Of a stretch of 64,000 nucleotides of DNA, positions 51,839 through 61,712 are shown one piece after another (the first letter of the stretch is position 1; every line of letters begins with the position of its first letter). Location of the stretch: contig JBHGNT010000012.1 of NCBI GenBank assembly GCA_043228905.1, positions 16,926,001 to 16,990,000 of the forward strand, written 5' to 3'. The position numbers were made by a program, and so were the translations under genes. The notes beneath the pieces are model-generated. The model had not been told where the DNA came from. It did not search any database and saw only the letters and a program-made list of their open reading frames with translations. The DNA comes from Azolla caroliniana. Taxonomy: Eukaryota; Plantae; Polypodiophyta.

Positions 51839-53017
51839 TCTGAAATGTCTTCTTCCTGCTCTTTCTATCTTTCTATCTTTCTTTCAACTAGTGGGCTATC
51901 AAGTAATTGAACCTGTGATCTGCAAAGAGAAAAAGAAAAAGAAGCATAGATTAACTCTTTAGATGGATGCATGGATAGATAGAATAATCAATAGATAGAT
52001 AAGTATTATCTTGAAAATATTTTCAGAGAGTTAGCTACAATTTTAAAATAGGTCTCTGAAGATTGGTACCAAGCTTTCGAGACAGATGAGGATCCCTCTC
52101 CTGTCCAGATGGAAGGCTTCATCAGAAATTTGGCCAGGAATCTCTCTTTCTATTGATTCATCAATCTGAAAGCATACAATACAGGCAGTGAAACAAGTGG
52201 TGTTAGAGAGTCACATATAAGATCCTTTATGGTCACACTCACACACACACACCAAACTACACAAACTATGGCTTGAATGGGCCCTACTTTGTTGTCGGTG
52301 CAGTTGCCGCCATTGCCAGTTGCTAGGGGGGGTTTCCGAAAGGAGATGTTGCCATTGCCAAGGGAGGGTTCCGAAAGGATCTACCACCGTTGCCCAAGGG
52401 CCAGGTTCCGAAAGGACCTGCCTTATGCCATAATAAGGGTGCGGGCACCTGCCTTACACGGGTGCCCGCACCCAAAACCCTACCCCTTGTAGTTCCATGA
52501 GGATCAATCAATCATGCATAGATGCGGGGTGACCAACATCCATATGCGCCCAACCATCCTATATAAACATGTGCTTTAGTCATCGATGAACCATTATGGT
52601 TCAATGCTAATCTTCGACATATTCTTGTAATCTTGTTCTTCCTGTCCACGTAATTACATTCTCTTCTATCATGTTAACTTAATCTTGGGCACGACCTTCA
52701 CAAGTTGGATCAAAATACCCTCTCCTTCTTTTTTCAAGAGTTTCTCAAACTTTATCCTTGCAATGGAGACTGTTTGTAAGCAAGAGTATATGCATGTTAT
52801 GATAACATGTGGCAATGATAACGTTATGGGCATTATGGAAATGTTGATGCAACCGACTTTATGATGCGGCAGATCAACGTCTCTCAAATGTCTTGTTTGA
52901 GATATGGGAGAACTTGCTGGCAGTAGTCCGTGGCCAGTATGACAATATGTATGGTTCCCTAGAGACTGTAAACAAGAGAAGGAAGAAGCTTCTTCACTTA
53001 TGGAAAAAGTTGCCCCT

Positions 53018-53115
53018 TGTTAAGGATTAGGTAATTAATTAAGGAATAATTATTACCTAATTATGTGATTAAGTTAAGCGGAAGATTAAGTGAGATGTGT
53101 GGTATGTGTGTGAGA

Positions 53116-53175
<60 letters not shown>

Positions 53176-54317
53176 CACTTACGAAGAACACAAGATGGGG
53201 GATGAGTAAATATATTAACTTAGCATTATCATCATCTATCATCAAATACAAAAATACCTTCAATGTGGTATATATAGGTTTCATGTGCAAGGGTGCACAT
53301 GTGCTAGGAGAATATAGGTACAACATGTAAGTCCTATATTAAATGAGCATGGAGTGGTGGATCTACAATGTATCCCACTCAAGTACAAAATCCTATTTAA
53401 GGCTTTATGGTCAACACACTAACTAGATTCTATCTAGGTAACTACTTAGTTACATGTGTTGACTAACTAACTAAACTAAGTTGAGCTTGATCTCTCAACA
53501 CGCCCCCTCAAGCTCAAGTGTGAGGCGTTTGACATCCGGCGTTGTTTGGCTTCCGATGTCGGCTTTCCTCGCCGTGGCAATCTCGGTTCCTCCCCCTCAA
53601 GCTGGTGACGAAGGCTTGTAGTGTGTGGGTGAAGGTCGACTACTTCCACCCATCGTGGGTTACGAGCTACTTCAGTGGAGCTCTTGGGCTCTTGTTCGGC
53701 CGCTACCTTCATCGCGAAGGCGTAATGATGGGCCATATACTCGTTGTAGCCAAGCTGAGTGATGGGATTCTTCTCTCTAGAAGAGCATCGAAGTTTTTCG
53801 CTCGCTGATGTGAGTGCCTTCTTTACTCCGGTTGTACGCATGATGGGTACACCGAACTCACTGTCTAGTGAGGGAACTGATCCATCCGAATCATTGTCGT
53901 CGGGGTAATCGACTTCGTTTTCGGGCATCTTGCCCTTGCCCTTGTCCAATTTCGGACTTGCCCGCGACATGCTTGGGTCACGTGAAGATTCTTGTGGGCC
54001 ACTAAGCTCGGTCGTAACCGGACTTTCTTCGTTCATATGCGCGAGTTGATCTTCGGCTTCTACCTCTTGTTCGGCGTAATCCGCATCGAGCGTAGTCGGA
54101 GTCGAAGAGGTCTTTGGTGCGTACCAGGATGCGTACTCGTTGAAGACTACGTCTCGACTTACGCGAACTTCTCGTGTCGACGGGTTGTAGCACTTGTACG
54201 CCTTCTTCTCGGACGAGTATCCTACAAGGATACATCTCTCCGACTTTGCGTCGGGCTTCTGTCGTTGTTTGTTCGGGATGCGTACATTCGCAATGCTTTC
54301 AAATACTTTGAGAGGCG
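53018..54317 (-). mobile_element. Copia 3' LTR (53018-53500) and internally deleted pol
   Basis: TGTTAAGG...CTCAACA, PPT at about 53501-53512; CILVGYS..KAYKCYNP..RVSRDVVF runs to PRWVEV and jumps to the pol end, so RT and RNase H are missing. Confidence 0.85.
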
Positions 54318-55330
54318 ACAACTACCAGAGGCTTCAAGATTTACAATCGAAACAAGTTGTGTTCGGATTACCAAAGTTTAGTGGCCGGAAGGCCCAAATA
54401 TGTGAAGCATGCCAACTCGGGAAGCAACATCGGCTTCCATTCCCCACGTCAACTACCGGAGGTTTCAAGATTTGCAATCGAAACAAGTTGTGTTCGGATT
54501 GCCAAAGTTTAGTGGCCGGAAGGCCCAAACACGTCAACTACCGGAGGCTTCAAGATCTGCAATCGAAACAAGTTGTGTTCGGATTGCCAAAGTTTAGTGG
54601 CCGGAAGGCCCAAATATGTGAAGCATGCCAACTTGGGAAGCAACACCGGCTTCCATTCCCCACCGAACGAAACCATAGCTGTAACAAGCTCGATCTAATC
54701 TATTCGGATGTATGGGGACCGACACAGAACGTTAGTCTTGGCGGGAGTCGGTATTTCTTCTCCTTCATCGATGACTACAGTCGGCACACGTGGGTCTACC
54801 TCATCGAGAAGAAAAGCGAAGTCTTCGACTGTGTGCGGAACCTTCAAAGCTTAGTCGAAAGGGAAACAGAGAGGAAGATAAAGTGTTTGCAGTTGGATGG
54901 TGGAAAAGAATACTTTTCTGGCCAATTCAACAATTATCGGCAGCAAAAAGGAAATTCGGAGAGAATTCAGCTGTCGATATACACTGGAACAAAACGGTGG
55001 GGCCGAAAGAAAGAATCGGTCGATTGTCGACGCGGCAAGGGTAATGCTGGAGGAGAAGAGCATGCCCAAATTCTACTGGGTTGAGGCAGTTTGGACGGCC
55101 GTCTACATCGAAAACCGGGTCGGGGACGAAGTGTTAGCACATGAGCTGTATTTCGGGTGGAAGCCGAATTTGAGACACATTCGGATATTCGGTAGCATAG
55201 CATATGCACAATTTGAGACACATTCGGATATTCGGTAGCATAACATATGTGCATGTACCAGATGAGAAGTGGAGGAAGCTGGATTTGATATCGGAGAAGT
55301 GCATACTTGTCTGCTACTCGCATGAAGAAT
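54318..55330 (+). mobile_element. Copia integrase fragment in opposite orientation, with internal duplications
   Basis: NYRRLQDLQSKQVVFGLPKFSG repeated three times, CEACQLGKQHR, SDVWGP, FIDDYSR, LQLDGGKEY, QNGGAERKN. Confidence 0.88.
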
Positions 55331-55364
55331 GAATTTGAGACGATCTAGTTATAAATATATTATA

Positions 55365-55900
55365 TGAAAGAGATATAAAAAACCTCGTGAATCCCACGAG
55401 TTTAATGTATTTTATTAGATTAATCAATGTTAAGATAAGAATATGAATTTGGATTGAAAGAGAAGGATATAAAAAACCTCGTGAATCCCACGAGTTTAAT
55501 GTATTTTATTAGATTAATCAATGTTAAGATAAGAATATGAATTTGGATTGAAAGAGAAGGATATAAAAAACCTCGTGAATCCCACGAGTTTAATGTATTT
55601 TATTAGATTAATCAATGTTAAGATAAGAATATGAATTTGGATTGAAAGAGAAGGATATAGAAACCTCATGAATCCCACGAGTTTAATGTATTTTATTAGA
55701 TTAATCAATGTTAAGATAAGAATATGAATTTGGATTGAAAGAGAAGGATATAGAAACCTCATGAATCCCACGAGTTTAATGTATTTTATTAGATTAATCA
55801 ATGTTAAGATAAGAATATGAATTTGGATTGAAAGAGAAGGATATAGAAACCTCGTGAATCCCACGAGTATAGTTTATTTCGTGAATCCCACGAATATAGT
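55365..55900. repeat. 93-94 bp tandem array with a hairpin in each unit
   Basis: CCTC(G/A)TGAATCCCACGAG at 55383, 55477, 55571, 55664, 55757, 55850, plus a short seventh copy near 55878. Confidence 0.95.
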
Positions 55901-56204
55901 TTATTAATTAGTGTTTTTAGAAATATATCCAATTTCCAAAGTTTTCACACCCTTATTACATTGTGCTTCCCATCCTTATATAGTGATGAGAGAGTCTTAG
56001 CAATCCATGCTTTTTCACTAACTATAGACTCCATGCTTTCTCTATCTATAGACTATATGCTTTCTCTAACATGTTTTTTCTAAAAGTGATCATGCTTTTT
56101 CTAACCTCATGCGTTTTTATCAACTATAGTGTTCATGCACGATAGATGTGCAAGTGTAGCTTTTTTTTATCATGCGTTTATCTTCTAACTAATGTTTTTT
56201 CCTA

Positions 56205-56230
56205 GACCCTAAACCCTAAACCCTAAACCC
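56205..56230. repeat. Interstitial (AAACCCT)n abutting an LTR
   Basis: GACCCTAAACCCTAAACCCTAAACCC directly before TGTCGTG. Confidence 0.85.
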
Positions 56231-57869
56231 TGTCGTGAAGATTTCTGGCTATAGTGTGAAACCGGGGTGGAATGGGCAAGTCGATGGTGTGCAACATGTG
56301 CACACGTATACTAGGAAATGGTGTATAGAAATAAGAGGGGAAATTTTATCCCACATTGTAAGATCCCTCCCTCTTTGGGCTATAAAAGGGAGGGAGGGGT
56401 CACTTATGAAAGGGTTGCCTATTTTGAGTGAGAGAGGCATACCACTTAGGTCGAGGGTTTCCTATTCAGGTTTAGGGTTTCGGTTAGGGTTTCTTCTTGG
56501 GTTTCCTTTAGGGTTTTACTATACTTCTCTACTTGCTTATCCGATTAGGGTTTTCTTGTAGTCATTGGGTGCGGCCTATGCGGCCATGGTTGTAATGCGT
56601 GTGGTGTTCTTCTTAATACAAACCATTTGTGTATCTTGCCTCCATCATTTTTCTCGTTCAATGTTAATGTTTTATTCCTTCTCCTCTTGAGCTAAGCTTC
56701 CATTTCTTGTCTTACTCTTTCTCTTCTACTCCCTAGTCTAAGACACTCGTGGTCCCGCCTCGGATCCTACACGCGCTTGCAGAATATCGTGACATCTTTG
56801 GTGAACCCGACGTGAAGAGGCGGCAAGGGAGGACAGAGATGGAAGACGAGGACTTCGACTTCACGGAGATGATGGCCAAGATCATGATGCATGCCGGACG
56901 GAAGATGGCGAAGCGAGATGGAGCTCAACAAGCCGTCGAAAGGGTGGTCAATCGAGTCGGCCGATTCAATGGGGACAATGTCTTGAGATTCTTAGAAGCA
57001 TACAATGCTGAGATGACAAAGGAGGGCGTGGATGGAGCAATGAGGCTAGAGTTTTTTTATCGAGTGGCAGCCGTGTCGATGCACAAAGAGGTCAAGGAGC
57101 TTTGTGAAGCTCATGAGTCGTGGGAGTCCTTTGAGGGAACTCTATTGGAGGCGTATGGGCACGCGGAACCGGAAGGGCGAGATTGGCATGAGTTCGATTG
57201 GTGGGTGGCGTCGGCGAGGCGTCATCGGAGCGCGATGGAGGCATTCCGAGAGTTCGAGCATCGTTTCTCTCAACTCTCGAAGTGGGATCGGAGATTGGTG
57301 GGGGCGGACAAAGTCCTCCTATTTTTGAAGATAGTCCATCAAGAGGAGAGAATGGACATCTTATTCGAGCTTCAAGATGATTATGGAACACATGGTCTCA
57401 CCGAGGAGTGGTCCGAAGTGGAATGGGTATGTTGGCGACACGATAAGAGGCAGTCGGCCACAATAAGGCCTGTGAGTGGCGGAGAAGAGAGGGCGGTGAG
57501 TGACTACGCACTACCGCCGGATGAGAGCTCAAGGCATGATGGGTTGGAGGAGTACAACCTAGAGGTGTTACTACGAGAGGCATGTGAGATCGTGAAGTCG
57601 AAGATTGAAGTCGAAGAGGGCTTTATTGCAGAGTCGGGCCCAAGCGGATCGGAGGATGCAGAGGAAGAAGCCTCCCTATGCATGGACGATGGGGCCTATG
57701 CGGAGGCCGGAAGAGCGTGCAACAGCGACGACGTGGGAGAGGGTGTGGAACAAGAGACCCTCTCATCTTGCAGTGAAGTGACGGCCATGGATGAGGCCGG
57801 TGACTACGAAGTGGGGAGCGCCACTTCGAGAGTGGGCGGAGGATTCGGGACACGGTGGCCCAAAACATC
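56231..57869 (+). mobile_element. Gypsy-like element: 5' LTR, tRNA-Trp PBS and gag-like ORF, interrupted by a copia
   Basis: LTR 56231-56794 (TGTCGTGA...TCGTGACA, TATAAAAGG); PBS TGGTGAACCCGACGTGA 56799-56815 complementary to tRNA-Trp 3' end; ORF with GRFNGDNVLRFLEAYNAEM. Confidence 0.82.
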
Positions 57870-60800
57870 TGAAAAAGTAACGTGCGGAAGCAAGTATGAA
57901 GACCGAACAGAAGGAAGGAAACTCAGGTTTAATGGAGAGCTTGAGCTTAAGCAGTATACGGGGGAAAGACTGAGAGAGTGAGATAGAGAAGACACAAGAA
58001 TTATATTAAAAAACAATCAATCTCTATTCACCACGCTATACAGATGTGTGTTCAATGAACGCTTTTATACAAGTCCTAGAAGGACTGACTGAAGTACTGA
58101 CAGTACTTCAATGCTCATTAAGAGCTCCTACACTAACTCCCAAATATATTCCTCACGGAATATCTTTCCTAACGGCCTCCCGGTTTACGCACCGATCCGG
58201 CCCTACCTACGCACCGGTTTACACATTCGGCCTAACCGATCGGTCCCAACCGATCCGGTCCTTGACTTCTTCAGCCGATCCGGCCGATGTTGAGCTTGTC
58301 TCTCAACACTCCCCCTCAAGCTCAACTTGAGGCTCTTCGGGATCTTTGGGCTCACAGCTCTGGTTCCTCCTGGCTTCATGCCTCGCTCGTGCTCCATGAC
58401 CTGTTCGACTCCGCGCGTTTTGACCCTTTTGGTCGGCTTGTCTGCTCATGTGGCCCTTATCAGCTCTTCTGCTGTTGCGGTGTTGACGCTTCTCCTGCTG
58501 CCTTTTCTTCCGCTTGGGCCTCGGTTGATTCAGCGTATCTGAATCAAACATCCGAACCGACTCGGCTACCTCCGATCGGTTTTCGCTCTCGTCCGGGTTG
58601 GCTGTCTCCAACTTGTCTTCGGTCTTTTGCTCGATGGTGTCATCTTCCCCATGCGTGGTTGGCTTCGTCTCTCTCCTTCGGCTGCTCCCCTTCTGTCCGC
58701 TTCCGGACTTTTCCGCATCAACCGACTCGGTGTCGCGGTCTCCACTCCTTTCCTACAGCCTTGCTTGGCCGTTCGGGACTATTCTCCCCCTCAAGTTTGG
58801 CACGTCGAGGTGACGCAATCCGAGCGCACTTGAGAATTGCCGCAACTTGTCCAGACCAAGAGGCTTGGTGAAGATGTCGGCAGTCTACCGATCCGTTGGA
58901 ACGTACTGAAGTTCGACTTCACCGGAAAGGACACGCTCACAGACGAAATGGTAGTGCACCTCAATGTGCTTGGTCCGTGCGTGGAAAACAGGGTTTTTCG
59001 CGAGCTGGATGCTGCTGAGGTTGTCGCAGTAGATCGTCGTCGGATCTTACACCTCCTCTTGCAGGTCCCTAAGTAGCCGCTTCAACCATATGGCTTCGCA
59101 TGTCGCGACGGCCGCTCCTCGGTACTCAGCTTCGGTGCTCGACAGTGCAACTATCGGCTGCTTCTTACTGCTCCACGCGATCGCGGCACTCCCGAGGGAG
59201 AATGCGTATCCGGACGTGGATCGGCGATCGGCGGCGTTGCCAGCCCGATCAGCATCGGTGTAGCCGACTAACTGCGCGGCTGCACCGGTCCGATATAGCA
59301 GTCCCCGGTCCTTAGTGCCATTGACATACCGAAGTATGCGTTGCGCACACAGAAGGTGCTCCTCGGTAGGTCGCGCCATGAACTGACTGATCACTCTGAC
59401 CGGATAACTGAGGTCGGGTCGGGTGATGGTCAAGTATATGAGGCTTCCGACAATTTGTCGGAACCTCATCGGGTTGCATACCTTTCCCGTATCGGGACGA
59501 AGCTTGACGGTTCTGTCCAGAGGAATCGAGACGGACTTACAATCGGCCATCCCGAATTTGAAGAGCATACTCAGCACGTAATGACGTTGGCTGATCAATA
59601 TGCCTTCGAGGGTACGGATCACTTCGATCCCGAGGAAGTAATGAAGGTCCCCCAGATCCTTCATGTTGAACGATGCCGCAAGCTGGAGCTTCACACGGTC
59701 GATTTCACCTAGGTCGGCGCCGGTGATGACCAAGTCATCAACATATAGTAGAATACTAACTGGTCCGAGTCGACCTTTCCGGATGAACAGGGAAGAGTCC
59801 GATTTTGACGTGATGAAGCCCATCCGACGCAGTTGTTGCGTGATCTTCGCGTTCCAGGCACGCAGGGCTTGCTTCAGTCCGTAAAGGGACTTCTTCAGAC
59901 GGCATACTGACGAGGAGTTCGTTCCAAAGTGAAATCCGGGGGGCTGTACCATGTACACCTGTTCCTCAAGGTCACCTTGCAAGAACGCATTCTTTACATC
60001 CATCTAATGTAAGTGCCACCCCTTCACTGCAGCTACTGCGAGCAAAACACGAACGGTCGTCATTTTCGCGACCGACGCAAACGTCTCATCGTAGTCGATG
60101 CCGTGTTTCTGCGCGTAGCCCTTTGCCACTAGCCGAGCCTTGTACCGGTTGACCTTGTACACCCACCTACACCCGATTGGTTTTACCCCTCTTGGTGCGT
60201 CAACCAGGTCCCAGGTCTCGTTCTCCGCCAATGCGTGCATCTCTTCCTCCATCGCGGCACGCCAATTCGCGTCTTTAGCCGCTTCTGCGTAGCTCCCCGG
60301 CTCACGCACTTCCGCTACACGGGTCATGTATGCATAATGATGCGCCATGTACTCGTTGTATCCGAACCGCAAAACAAGATTCTTCTGGCAGGTAGATCGG
60401 CGTAATCTCACATTAACCGATGTCGAGGCCTTCTCGGTCGACGCAGACTTCACCTTTTAAGACCCGTCACGGGTTCCCTCGGAGTCGGACTCACGTCGGT
60501 TTGACTCGTTCTTATCCGTGCCGGATTCCAACACCTTCTTCTTCCCTTTCTCTTTGCGCGTAAGTCGTCTCCTCGGCTTCCTGCGCGGGGAATGCACGGC
60601 CGAGTCTCCACTACTCGCCGGCTCTTCATCGGACTGATCGTACCGACTCAGTCGTCCAATCAGTCCACTTAGACGGAGTGAAATCAGACTCTCTTCGCGG
60701 GTCTCGATTTCGGGCTCATCCGGAGGCATCTCAGCCTCGTTGACCTCATCGTCAGAACTCGGATTGGAGTCAGGGTTCGGAGTCGGGGGCTGGTACCAGG

Positions 60801-61163
60801 ACGCGGACTCGTCAAACACAACATCGCGGCTAACACACGCTTGTTTGGTGCGAGGGTTATAGCACTTATAACCCTTCTGCTCGTCCGAGTAACCGACCAA
60901 GATGCATTTCTCGGCCTTTGCGTCAAACTTTCTCCTTTTCTCCTTCGGTACATGCACATACGCAATGCTACCGAACACCCTCAAGTGTCGCAAGTTCGGC
61001 TTCATTCCGAAATATAGCTCATGCGCCGACACTTTGTCTCTGATCCGGTTTTGGATGTATACCGCGGTCCTTACCGCCTCGGCCCAGTAGAACTTGGGCA
61101 AGCTCTTCTCCTCCAGCATTGCCCATGCCGCTTCCACAACTGACCGATTCCTCCTCTCGGCCA
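57870..61163 (-). mobile_element. Copia element, 3' half (INT C-terminus, RT, RNase H, PPT, 3' LTR 57870-58308)
   Basis: AERRNRS..FYWAEAV, CILVGYS, MDVKNAFL, LYVDDL, YTDAD, LSSTEAEY with internal stops; PPT at about 58309-58320. Confidence 0.92.
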
Positions 61164-61712
61164 TGTCGTGACTCTTGAGTAGGAAGCAGAGAGAGAGCGA
61201 TGGCGATAGAGATAACGATAACGATAGAGATGGCGAGAGCGGTAGAGATAGCGATAGTGATAGCAAAAGAGAGTGAAAGAGGGAGAGAGTGCGAGAGAGA
61301 GAAAAGTATAAGTGAGAGATAAGAAATGGGAATGCGATTATATTATGAGAAAGAAGATTACAAGGAGTAGGCTAAGGGCTAAAGACTGGTGTTGAACCGA
61401 ATGAGTTGTGATGAGTGTATGGACTCTTATTTATAGGCCCTTATGGAGTATTCTAGAATGTTCTAGAATATTTTAGATATTTATGAATAATAATAATAAT
61501 AAATATAATCATGAAATATTCAAGAACATTCTAGAATAATCTAGAATGTTCTAAATATCTCGTAATAACTAAACATATAATTATTATGATTACATCTCAC
61601 ATATGTTATTACAATGGTTAAAGTACAATATGTAAACCAAGAGGTTATGGGTTCGATTCCTGGTTCGCCAAGATGAATGTCATGATAAGCCAAGATGTAT
61701 GTCTTCATGACA
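61164..61712 (-). mobile_element. 3' LTR of the chromovirus, with tRNA-like segment
   Basis: Minus strand TGTCATG...CACGACA; PPT GAAAAGGGGGGATAA at about 61713-61727; inserted in the copia integrase. Confidence 0.9.

Noticed and set aside
55365-55900. CRISPR-like palindromic repeats and the 116-aa ORF
   Set aside because: Intervening sequences are near-identical, so it is a tandem array; the ORF is a by-product.
60457-61266. 269-aa ORF starting MLSLSLSL
   Set aside because: Chance fusion of chromovirus LTR repeat sequence to the interrupted copia integrase.
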